Origin: Lenisia limosa
Taxonomy: Eukaryota; Protista; Breviatea
Length of the DNA stretch: 37,957 bases
Assembly (NCBI GenBank): GCA_001655205.1
Contig: LPNZ01008725.1
Span: forward strand, 1 to 37,957
Direction: 5' to 3'
Below the pieces are notes generated by a model that saw only the letters and a list, made by a program, of their open reading frames with translations, was not told the origin of the DNA and did not search any database. This document shows positions 12,650 to 25,600 of this stretch, piece after piece. The stretch's first letter is position 1. Every line of letters begins with the position of its first letter. The position numbers were made by a program, and so were the translations under genes.

Positions 12650-13660
12650 CTAAATCTTTGTGTAGTGGATTAGGTATAACGGCATGGTTTGGGCCTAAAT
12701 AGTAAGAATTGAATATAGCAGGTTACTTCTAATACCATACGTTTGGAATCTATATAAAGAGAGATTCGACCAACCTGGTGGAAAATGACTCGGTTAGTTG
12801 GGCAGTGGAAATTGGAGTCGTATCCTGGTGGGTTCCCAGAGCCTTTGAAAACCTTAACATTAAACTTTTTTTTTTGTTAACCGGGTTTAAACTTGAAATA
12901 ATTTCCATGAAATAGACATAGTTCCAATCGTCTTGAAGGGGGCTTACTTTTCCAGGAAAGACTTGAACAAGGAACATTTTCATTGTGTCTCCAGTGTAGC
13001 TCATGGAATACGCGGGAGAAGACGAGAAGTACAAACCCTTTCCAAATACCTGTCCACTGAACGTTGCTGTGCAGCTCTAAAGGTGAAAATCTGTTTTAAA
13101 ACAATTTTTATAGATGGAGGCATTTTTGGACTGGAACAACTATTCGAAAAGGCCCGTAAAATATAGAAAGTTTTCGAGGATTTACTGAGAAATTCAGACG
13201 TGAAGCCCTGGAAAAACACCGCATACTTTGATATTGTCTCGTGTAAGAAGTCCACCGGTACAGATACTGTGTTCGTTTTTGGGGTTAGAGCCATGGAAGA
13301 GAAGTCTAAAACTGTCATAATTGTCTCCAATTGACAGCAAATTTCGGTTCTTACATTTCCTTTTCGACATCACCGTTACGAATTCTCTTTATTTCATTTT
13401 TTTTGAGGAAATATGCCTTCTCAACACTTGGACATTTGATGATTTCGACCTGTAATGTGTAATTAGTGATAAAATCACAACTTTAAAATTTGTAACGTTT
13501 CAACAACAGTATGTGAATCACCTTTAAACATGTTATTTAATGTAGATTCTTAAACATGGGATTCCGATGAATACCTTTTCCACTTGGTATTGTCCAGCCT
13601 GGTTGCCAAGCATCTCCTTGAATGCCACTGTTGCCCTGTTGTAGTGGCATCTATTGTCAG
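12650..13660 (-). other. C-terminal PARP/ART catalytic domain 2 (H-Y-N)
   Basis: Exons 13575-13660, 13355-13449, 13227-13305, 12948-13076, 12775-12852 and 12650-12694 give ...VEKVEIIKCPSVEKAYFLKK...KEILLFHGSNPKNEHSICTGGL...GQVFGKGLYFSSSPAYSMSY...MFLVQVFPGK...PPGYDSNFHCPTNRVIFHQAQTMPLYLIHYTKI*. Confidence 0.92.
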
Positions 13661-16600
13661 CTACATTGAAAAATGGTTATTAGTTTAAATTTTAAGAAAC
13701 CAAGAGTATGCATATCATATGCAACAAGCCGAAGCCAATTTATTCCAACAAACAGAAGTCATTGCTAAGAACGTCTGCAAGTACTGTAATTCGCTCATTT
13801 CTCATTGAATGGTGCTGTTGTTGCTGAATAGATTAGTCCACTATTAAAATAATCGAATGTTCAAATAGAATGAAAGCTCTTGATTGAAGAATGTGTCTTT
13901 TCTAACTGTTGTTTGATATGAAAACCCAGGTTAATATACCCCTAAACTAGAGCTTACAGGAGATCTTCTTTGGGGAGAGTCCCCGGTGATTGTGATGAGA
14001 TACTCCGGGACAATCAACTCTGGATCGAAACCAACGTATTCGTCGTTTTGCAAACTCTTTTTTGGGTGATGATAATAAATGAAAGATACTGCATACCGCT
14101 ACCCTTCCTCCCTCGGCAAAGAGTGAATGATATCCGTCTTTGATGAAGTAGGATGCTTCATGATTGTTGTACGTCTTTTGGGCTTTTAAAGTATTTCCGA
14201 GATTCACCTTCACAAATTAAAGCACCAATGTGATAGTGGAAGCGAGTAAATGATAAAATAAAATATCAATCTATTTAGGAGATTATAGATTTAACCAATT
14301 TTGAAGATTGGAGAAACTCACTTTGCATTTGAGAAGAGCTCCCACACCCTTTGTGTTTATCTAAAGTAATAAGAACAGTCAACCTGGACTTTCTTGGATT
14401 TTATGACACAATTTTACCATGCTCCTATTTATTTCCAGCAGACCTTCGTGTAGATATTTTGTCCACTCTTTGAAGGGTCGGTTGCAAAGTAAACTCCATT
14501 TCCAAACATGTTTCTAGAAATACAGTCAAACAATGTTGTGTCCTTACCCTCTTCCTCCTGTTTTTGAAGAGTCCAGACTTGCGTTTTGAGGGAGACGGAA
14601 CTGTCCTTTGGCTATCGCTTGTGCGGCTACATGCGTATCAAAAATTAAATATCCATAAATTATATATCTAGATATATATGTATTACATATATACATGTAT
14701 GTGGGTCCTCAAAGCTCTGGATAGCATTCACTGGACACATCAAAACTCCCGGACAACGAAAAGTTGACCCCTTGTATGGGTCAACGGTAGTGTTAAATAC
14801 AAAACTGGTTCGACAGACCTCTTGTTTTTTCAATTTTGAGCAAGTGTCAAAAATCGAATTTGGTCTATGGAGGTGGTTATTTTACCTTTTCACGGGATAT
14901 TTTTCAAAATCTATCCCTCTTTTAGTGTTAAGAAACAAAAATGTGTACCCCTCAGAGTAATTGGTTGTAGATTCCCCCTTACTTTGTTCAAAATAGTGCT
15001 TTCTACAAGGTCAAACTTTCCCGGATAGTTGCCATTTATTCCTTGAATGTTGCCAATTATAACGGTTTTGGTTGTTTGTGGCAGTTTAAGGGCCGCAAAC
15101 GGGTAGCCAAGTGACTTAATTTGGGTTTGAGCCAAGACTATTTAAAAATCGCATTCTATCCTGTGATTATGACTGAAATTACTTTCGAAAATAACAAGAA
15201 AATTAAGTTTATAATACTTTTATTTCAAGCTGTCCAATAGTTTTGATGTGTCCGGAGATTTTGAATGATGTCCAGATTCTGAATGACGCCGGAGCTGTAA
15301 ATATATATTATATAGTATATATAATATGATATATATATTGTAGTGGTTCCAGGTGGATAAATACTTACTACACCAAAAAACATTAATAATAAATAAGTAA
15401 GTGGGTAGTGGGGAATTCGTAATGACCAACCAGCGACTGTGGTCCCATGGTAAAGGTAACTTGTTCTGGTGTGGTCCAACCCTGTTGGTATTAACAAATG
15501 TACGCTTTACACAAATGCTTGCTTTAACCACAAGTGTACATTTGTAAAATGCCAGTATTATTTAGAAAATAATTTTAATATCAAAATATGGCCTAGTATT
15601 CTAATGAACAATGCTTTGAAACTGACCCAGACGTTGACACGCTGCATAATAGCGTTGAAGTTGGGGACCATTATGGACATGATCAATTGACTGGATGCTA
15701 AAGTGCGTCAATAGGGGCTTCGCAACATTTCCAAATTTTGCGGTCTTTGATCTGACATTTGTATCGCAGAAGAGTTTTATAAAGGTTGATCTACTAATAC
15801 AAGAGATATTCCAACCCTCACTAACTTAATTTTTGCTGAATTACTTTGAAGAGTGTGATTGATGTTATTACTTTCAATTTGGTAGGTCGCCACTGACACC
15901 TCCTAAAACCAATAAACCATGGAACCACTCTTCTTCTTCGGCAAAGAAAAAAGATTGTGAAATAAATATTATTTGCTCCATTACAATAAATAAAAAAGAA
16001 AGGAAATAAAAAAATAAAAAAGAAAGGAAATCTATAAATATCGTAGCGTTGTGATTAATTATCTGACCTTCACCCATACCCTTACATATTACCAGCTTAC
16101 TTCAATTGAGATTTTGTTATCAACTACCACTGATTTGTTCAGCTTTAGTTGGGACTTGCTGATCTCCAAATTGGTCTGAATAATCAAACAGAACAAATGA
16201 CAAACTTGCAATTGCTTGAGAAGCATCCAGTCGCATTTGGATTTTGCACTTTTTTGTCTCAGTGATTCATACTCCTAGAAGTGTTACATATTAATAAAAG
16301 CATACCTGCCTGCGGTCCTCAACTTCCTCCTTGCTGATTCGAACATTGCTATCAAAGAAGAGCTGAAAACTGTCAGTTGACTCGTATTCTCTTGTAAAAA
16401 CCATGCCAATAAGACAACAAAACACGATTTAGCTCCAAAAGTGTAGTTTTTTTATGGGATATGGAACAACAAATATTGAAAAAACGTGTCACCATCCCAC
16501 AGTATCACAAGGGAAGATAAACCAAACTGATCTCAAAATTCTTCTCATTGGTGTTTATTAGATATATTCAGAGAAAATTATTAACAAACACCTTCCCTCT

Positions 16601-19600
16601 ATTTTTGGAAGTTAATATGTTGTGAAATACCAATAACAGACATTTTGGGACCAATAAGGAATGTAATGAGAATCCAAAAATCAGATATTTTGAACAGTAA
16701 TTGATATGATGTAGATATTACACAAACTAAATATCAGAGTAAATGCTGAGAGTCACTGAATAAATCATTTGCCTCTGCGTACATCGTCATTTTTGGAAGA
16801 CTTCTGTGCGTTTCCACAGAGTCCAAGGTGCTGCTTGTTGCAAATGAAGCAGTAAGGTTGATCACACGATGAACAATGGCATGTACATGAGGTTTCCTAA
16901 GTCAGTAAACAATACGCTCTGGTAGAATAACATATCATGCTTTCAGAACCTATCATAACATTGAAGGAACCTAAAGCCCAGAAATGTCATTCCCCAAACA
17001 TATTTTTGATGGAAGCAAAATACCAGACAAAAACTATATACTATGTACTATCAGTCATTATTTTGTTACAACGAAACAACTGAATATTCCAGTTTAAGGT
17101 GGCCCCAGAACAGGCACAATAGAAATATTTCTTGTATCCTCGAACGGGAAATTTTAATCTTCACTTCAGCAAAATGCTTCGAGCGTATTGCTTGCAATTA
17201 TTGTGTTAATAAAGCGGGCAAAAAATGACAAACTTTATATTATTACTTTAAAGCTGAATATCCATATTAGGGGGAATATAGGTTCTGAGGTTGACATCCT
17301 ACCGAAGCTCCAAGGGCCAGCCCGCTGCACCCGGAGGTTGGACATTTCGCACATGGTCGGAGTCCACTCTACATAAATGGTGGTGAATCCATCATTTTCA
17401 GCATTCACAGAATTTGTGTTACCAATCACAATCCTACTCCATCAAGAACGTAATATTATTATACTAAGATCAAGAAAACCTTTCAGTTCTCAATGTTCAG
17501 TTTTTGACGTATCAACATCCCACTGTTGATTGCTGCTGAAGTACTTGATATCCGATTTGCTGAGTGTAGAGAGAAGATTTGGTCCTGTTATTTAATAAAC
17601 GATTTGTTAAAATATCCTACAAAGATATCATTATAAAACTGTGGTTAGTTGGATTGAAATTAAACGAAGTATTATAATATGAAAATTGCAATACTCTAAC
17701 GTCCCCATTTAAAAACTAATTATAGCAATCCATGCCTACTCTGCAATTTTTCTGGCGAAATTTGGATTGACCTCGAGTATATCATTCATGTGTACACCAA
17801 TATGGCATTTGGGGCAATGGAACGTGACGTCTGAGTGGTTCGTGGGGAATTGAATAAAATGGAATAGAATATCTTACTCTCAGTCTTAACATTCAATTGA
17901 CTAGAATGTAGTAGTCAAAATATAATAAAAAGTATAATTCCTTTAGCAAATATGGAACACCTGAAGTGCAAACTGCCTACAATGGGAAAGGGATTGTTCA
18001 GTATAGTGAGTAATACAGTCGCTGCACATCAAGTGATCGCAGAGGGTTAGAGGATTATTGGTCGGGCAACTGCAACCAACGCCTAAGAGCAAGTTATTGT
18101 CTTTCATAGTTAATTGATTGAATACAGAGGAAAATGCAAATATTTGATTATCAACAGGATTGACGACAATGTATCATTATTTCAAAGGAGATCACACTCT
18201 GGCGCCTCGACTTGGGATTCCCTTGTGATATTTCTTCCGATTTCCATAAAAGTCAATGCAGCGTAGTGCAGAAGTAATTTGTGAAATAATCCAGTGACCA
18301 ACAAATTCCATCAGTTAAGTTGTGCTGTGAACGGGCAAGTTTTTGGATGTCACCTCGAGCCTCCTCGTACTTGCTCAAGTTTCCAGAGACAAACAGCTGC
18401 GGGCAATTAACATATGTCATATAAAATGCAATTATTGTGCTGCAACATCAAGAAATATAGTATCAAGTGACTCGGTGTTTCGTATACCTTGCCTCCCTTG
18501 CAGTCATCAACTCTCAAATGCTTTTTGATTGCAACAATTCTTGCATCCTGTTCGATTCCGGGAACTAAAGGGACAATAAAAAATCAAATAAAACTTAACT
18601 TCACTACATTAATCATGAACGTCCAAATGGAATTGCTTTCCGCATATCTTACAGAATTATACTTGCATACCAATGGGAATGGGCTGCGATTTGACCTTCA
18701 CAACTTTATTCCACTTTGCAAAGAAAGCCACTTCAGCCTTTGGGATAAGATGCCGTTTTTCGTTTAAATGTTTAAATCGAACACAAAGATGAAAATGATA
18801 TTACTTATTGTTCTTAGGTGATAAATATTTCCTCTTCTGATCATTGCCGAATTCAATTAATCACATTTTTTTTTTCTTTTTTTTAAAAAATTTACCAACA
18901 AAACATTAAAAACTAGTTGTCTTTATGATAGAACATTTACACTTTGTATACACTCAAAAAAGATTCTTATCAAATCACCCTTTCACCTTGTTGATGCTAT
19001 CCACGTGGCCACTCAGGAAGGCTGCATTTGCCAGGTTCAAATGAACTTTGTGACCTTTCATCAAAGCTGAAAAACTAAAAAAAGTTAAAATTACTGTACT
19101 CGATTAACAATACTTATAAATATCACTTCCATTGATATTTCAAGAATAAAGTCCATCGAAGTTGTTATAACATCAAAATGGTTTTAAATCAGAACAATAA
19201 GTGATATGGTCTAGCTAAATACATCACAGTTTATAAACTTACTTAGAAATTTCGTCTCTCAGTTGCGCAAGTTGCCACTTGGGTAAGTCGAGACGCTTTT
19301 GTTTCTAAAATCGTTTGCAAATAATGTCGTTACGCAAATATCACTCAGAGATAGAATGATTTAACAATAATAAGACTATACAATGTAACATATCAGGTAG
19401 CAATACTGTAGATGCAGTTTTGTGATAATATTATCCAAGTTCACAACAGCTTACATATTCTCTGCAAATGATAGAGAAAGTTCGTTGAAGATCGCTGTAG
19501 TTTGAAGACTGAAACGTAAACTATTAGACTATTCTACTGTTACTCCACTGAACAGTAAAACATAAACAGAGTCCTCTACGTCTACACGAAAACCAACTTA

Positions 19601-22600
19601 CACTGAGATTGATTTGGTTCGGGTTTTTCTTATCAAAATCCATTCGCACACCTGGTTCATGAGATTTTAAAATGAAACTTTTGATAAAATAAGGAAATAA
19701 TGAGTATTGTAATTGTTGACGTATTCAGTACCAATACAGTTTTAATATCCACAAAAGATTACAACTTTACCTTTGTCTCCTGCTCTTTCACTCAGAGATT
19801 GGAACTGTTGAGGAGAATTAGCTGCAATGTTATTGTCGGTATAAAACATAAGATTGTCAAATATAATTGATTTTTGTTCATTTACAAAATAAATCAAGAT
19901 TCAAATACAACAAGCAATTACCGAGTGTGTAGCTTTCAACACGCATGAGGTACATTGTCGTGATTTGGAGGGGAGCCGGCCCTCTGAGCTCGTCATTGAT
20001 GGGCTTAAACAGTAAATAAACTTCATTTGAAGTTGGATTCGATACCAACAACAGTTGACACTGTATGATATATTACATATAATATATAGTATCTCATATG
20101 CTATGATATATAGTATATATAATTAGTATATCCTCGAGTCCCTAAAAGGGGTCCATTTTTACACTTTTTTATTCTTATTATTGTTTCTTTAAGTAAACAG
20201 AACTATTTCCTTGCCCAATATTCTGACTGGCTTTAAGATAAACTCAAAACAATTCTGTCAGAATTGAAACAATGCCATTGGACTATTCTTTTACATTTAC
20301 AAAAACAAAAACAACACAAATTTTTACATTTTTACAGCCTTTTTAGGTGTTCCACGAGTCTTGGGGACGATGTGATTAAGGTGGAGAATCACAACCTTCT
20401 CACAGTCTTCAAGGTAGTAAACCCCAATATTGGACTCGAGACTTGAGCAGTTGTAGAGAAGACGCTGTTGCAAATGCACAGCACATAAGAAGTCACAATG
20501 AGATTCAATTGCGGTGAATTCAGTGGGGTCAGTTAAGGCAAGACAGTGACTAAATACAACACCACACACCTGGGTTCGCAAATAGGGTTATTTTTTACGT
20601 AATAAATTTCTAAAGCACAAAAAAATATGGCCCTTTGACCCCGCAAGGGGGGGGGGGGGGGGGGGGGGNNNNNNNNNNNNNNNNNNNNNNNNNNNNNNNN
20701 NNNNNNNNNNNNNNNNNNNNNNNNNNNNNNNNNNNNNNNNNNNNNNNNNNNNNNNNNNNNNNNNNNNNNNNNNNNNNNNNNNNNTTTCTTCAAACTCTTA
20801 TTATTGGATAGCTGGGGTGATTTTTGAAGAAAAAAAATGATAAAACCAAAAAGGGGACCCCCGGGGAAAAATTTTCAAAAATAATATTTTCCTCAATAAC
20901 TGTTCTGGACTTAGAACCTTTTAATTCTCACATTCTGGCAAAAATTGATGCTACTAAAGTTGTATAAAAACAACCGATGTAAAAATGGACCCCTTTTAGG
21001 GACTCGAGGATATTTATAATATTTATCTATCATATATTATATATTACTATATATATAGTCTACATACATATATATTATATAATATAATATATAGGTGAAG
21101 GTACATAATTGTGTCCAGTCACATTATTGTCCACTTTAAAATGTTCCGAATTTTTGACTGGGCGCAAGTATTTGGTTTCTTTTTGACCAAAATCTACCCC
21201 TTAACACACCCTTTTAAAAAAAGATTTCGAGTATTTTAACCGTAAACTGTCCTTTTCAAAATTAGTTTATTTATGTGCAAGTTTGACGACTGCTTTCACA
21301 AGATTCCTGAAAAAGTATGCTGGTTAAATCAAAAATTAATATCTTTATTCCTTGAATGATATAAAATTTACGCTGTATCACGGTATAGCGAAATCAGGAT
21401 CTACTCTTCAGTTCTTTTCACAATTGAACCAGTATTCAGAAAAATCACTTTTTTTAGAAGCAACACAAATATGAGTGGCTTCGCATTGAGGTCAGAAAAC
21501 AGAGGAAAAGGTTTGATAACCTTGCAAATCATGAAAAAATTGCATCTTTGAAGATTATTTGTGATGGCGTGGGAAGAGAAGTACCTTCATTGAGAGTCGT
21601 TCAGACAATATTGAATGTTGGAGGGGCTTATCGTTGACCCTGCCAAGACTGCTTCGCCCTTGCCAAATTCGGAGTGTGCATTTGCTCATGCCCTCCAACC
21701 TCCTCCACGAACGGCCCTNNNNNNNNNNNNNNNACCGGCTTTGATACAGCTCATTAGGTCTGCTAAAGACAAATTGTCGACTGACGAGGAAGCAAAGAAA
21801 GCGTGGGAAAGTATTGCACATGAGAGAGATGCTCTCACTGAAGCTAAGGTCAAGTTCTACCAGCAAAATTCTGTGCCCAAACTTCGCTTTTGAGCCATCT
21901 CCCAAAGCTCGCAAATCAATCGCTCTGAAGACCGAAAAACACTGGGCTGACGTCTTGTTGCAAGAGAAAAAGAAGGAAATTGCAGATCGAAAAAGTGGGG
22001 AGAACTGTTCCTTAGAATCACTATTCTTTCTTCTTCTCTAACAACATTTAGAAGCCCAAAAGCTCACAACGTTAGGAGTCAAGAAAGAGAGTGTGTTGAG
22101 GCAAGAGTAAATATGTAACATTAATTACTTTCCTTAAATATCACAATTTAGGAGTCAAAAAATGACATCGTGGAAGCAGGCCTCAGCCCAAAATTATTTA
22201 TTACATCAATATATGAATATTTATCTACAATTATCCATACGAAGGGTTTTTAATGCAAAAAAATTCAAAGAATGAAAAAGTAGACATAATAATGTGACTG
22301 GACACAATTATGTATGTATATAATGGATGTGTAGATGATTAACAGAAAAAGGTAATATTTATCACATTCATTTACACGTTAAACTAAAGTAGAACAATTT
22401 GCCTTCAGATATAAAAAGTTATCAAACATTTTTAAAGAAGAATTCGATTTAAGTCTTCCTACCATGTTTTCAAGAAGGTCAGTGAGAGTTTTAGCTCCTT
22501 GTGGACTCTCCATATGTACCTTATTTTGTAAGATATAAACCAGGTGTTCAAGTAAAAATCCATATATCTGTTGACGATGTTGATTAATATCATTTATATT

Positions 22601-25600
22601 ATTTCATATAGTATATATGAAGAGTGAACTGAATGAAGAGTATTAGAAACACAACACAGTCTTATTGATCCCCAAAAATTTCACTAAACGGCACCAACCA
22701 CAATAGACCGCTTGTGAATCTCTGGACTAGAGAACACTGAAATCTTCAACGGCTAAAAGAATAAATAATCAGCTAATATGGGTAGTGGTACGAATACGCA
22801 TTGTCACTTACTCTAGTTACTGGTTTAAAGCATAAAATGCCATCCATACCTGAGCCTTCTCGGGCAATATTCCGGAGATCAGACGTGTCCATATGGAGAC
22901 ATTTCTGTGATCATTAAAAAATTGGTGTGTTATAAACTTGTGTATTATACTTCTTAAAACTTCAAACCAATCCTGTTGGGTTAATTGTATTAACAAAGCT
23001 GCATACTCAGAAGGCGATTTGGCTAGGAATGATGAACTGTCTATGTTGGGCTTGGACTTGACAAAGATTTTGATAGCGCCAATAGGTTTCAATGTAGAGC
23101 TTAAATCATATCTAAAATTTAAATAATTATCAGTACGTGATCATTAAGACCAATATGCTTACCTTGTCACTTGCGGAGGAACGTCCAAAAGGACCACGTT
23201 ATAGGTAGTGCAACCAGATGGATTCACTTTTGTGTAGGCTTTAGGCTTTACTTGAATTGGAACGCCTTTGCAGCTGAATGCACTGGCCATGCCTAAGTAG
23301 TAAGCTATTTAACTCGATTTGTTACGAAATCTTACATTTGCTGATAAAGTCATTTGCGGACGACTCTACTGAGAACGAGACAGTTGCGGTGTATGGTTCA
23401 TCTGAACAGGAGTTGTCCTTGATCTAAGTCGGTAAATTTCTGCATTAATGCTTCTTTAAAAGCAGAGGAAATAGTGTTGAATTATTTCAAAAAATAGAAT
23501 TCAGGTGAACTTACAGTGACTTTGGCAATACATGACATTTTGCTCGATCCATTGTTGACAGTTTTCACCTACATACATGTAAATAAGTTGACTATTTGAA
23601 ACAAAAAAAATTCCTCTTTTCCAAATACTATAATGACAAGAAAATGTTGCCAAGTACTTGTTTATATACATTTCAAAAATAAAAAAGGTGAACCTAAGAA
23701 AGAATAAATCAAACTTAGATCATTAAAAATTTCTAATATTAGAATTCAATAACTGTAATATTACTTCCAATAGAAGTTCCAACTTTTAGAGTCGATTTGT
23801 CGATTGTCTTGGAATAAAACTCCGTTTTGGCAATGGTTGCGCTACCCAATTTTGCAAACTGAATAGTAGCAGTTTTGGACTGAGTGCACCGCCCTAATGG
23901 TGGTCATACACATGTTATGCTTAATAAACAGATAATAATGTTTAAACTGATAATTTAAGATGCAAAATATGTTTATTGATACGGTAGTTAATAATATCAA
24001 TGATGCCACTACGGCGCATGGATATGGGAATCCTGACTTATTCTGGAATCGCATAAAACTATGAGAATCTCAAGTAATTATATTATATATATACATGTAT
24101 ATATTTAATAGAAATACAAAGTATATCATAACAGTAGCTTTTCCTAATACCTGAAGAGAAGTAGAACTGAGTGACATCGGCTGCGACTGCTGGCTATTTG
24201 AGTAAGTAATAGGCAAATTTAACATGGACTTATCCATTAAAAAATATGTAATTTCTATCACAGAGAACATCAATTTACCATTATAGTAACACTTTAGAAA
24301 AGGCATTGAGTATTTTGGTTTTGGTTTTGAGGATTTTAACGCGAGATGAGAGTAAAGATATTAACTACAAATTACAAAATCAACTTACAATCATTCCCAT
24401 CAGGGTGTCCTTAGTGGTGGCCGATGGAACATTCATAAGCGTCACACTCATCTAATTTAGAAATTATGAAAATGGAACTTATTCAATGCTGATTCATATC
24501 AGTACAATAAAGTCTATTCAATCACTTTCCCTCATTCATCATTATTGCATAATTTACAATCCCACTGATTCATTTGGACGTAGCAAAGTGATTGGCTTCA
24601 TTCCAGGCTCAAAAACAGCTGACACTCCCCCGGATCCTTCAACTAAAAAGTTGTAATTATGAGAAAGTATTTTACATGCCATATGTTTGTCTCAACCTAG
24701 AAATGCCCCAAACCAATTAACTCATGCTTAACTATCTGTTGTTCTTTCCTAAATTGTAAATTATCACCATTTTTCAACAAATTACTATATATTCAACATG
24801 GTATTTTAATAATTTTTAATCCTACCGAATTGTTCGAATTAACCTGTCCAATTCTGAACTGAACTCCTTCTCTCCTAGAGTATCAACAGTAACCATTATG
24901 ATATAAATTTGAATAATGATATCAAACAAAATTAACTAACAAGGGTATGGCAGCAATTATCGATAAATAATAAATAAAACAAATCCACTGAAGCCTACTG
25001 CAACGTTCAACGCGCATCTCAATACTGTAGTTTGTAACATAAATGGTGTATCGCGTCTGAAAATTGTCAAATGAACAAAAAGAAGTATTTATGATTTTAA
25101 TTGCGTCATTACAATCAGGATTGCATATGAAATGGAGAATATACATGTAGCTGTTTCTCAAATGAGATAATAATTAAGCTGAGCCATAAACAGAACAGTA
25201 AGTTGTACTACAAATAATGTAAACAATGGAGGAATACATCACACCATAACCAACATTATACTTAGTAAAGATGTGATTGTTCTTGAGTTCTTTCAGAATA
25301 ACACTTGAGAGATTTTGGCGTTTGACCTGGAATCATTAATGTGAATAGTATCAGATGACCTCATTCGTATATCATTGAGGCTATTCCCCACAAGGACAGG
25401 TTGTTTTCTGAGCGCTTCATCAATTTGGGAATGCAAGGATTTAGGGAGCCACCTCTTCTCGACCTTGAATGTGAAAATTGTAAATGTTTAAAAACAAATC
25501 ACATGTTTAAATGGAAATTTCAACAAATTTTCAAGTTGAGGTTTGAATATGAAAAACCCAAAAATTGGTTTCATTTACAATTTCCAACAGGAAAACAAGC

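Noticed and set aside
14911-15300. ORF 14911-15135 and the segment GVIQNLDIIQN as extra PARP exons or a third PARP domain
   Set aside because: Both lie inside the MITE. The flanking exons join directly to give HGTTVAAAQAIAKGQF.
16580-16600. Possible 7-nt microexon (AGGGAAG) after the IBR
   Set aside because: Not needed. A stronger phase-0 acceptor (CTGACAGTTTTCAG) keeps the frame.
17235-17429. 64-aa ORF as a long exon
   Set aside because: Wrong frame. The true exon is 17303-17368 in another frame and encodes the IBR N-half.
223-20784. Poly-G/poly-C tracts abutting N gaps (about 223, 1085, 11574, 20647)
   Set aside because: Most simply sequencing dropout at homopolymers. Their true length and content are unknown, so no G-quadruplex or element claim is made.
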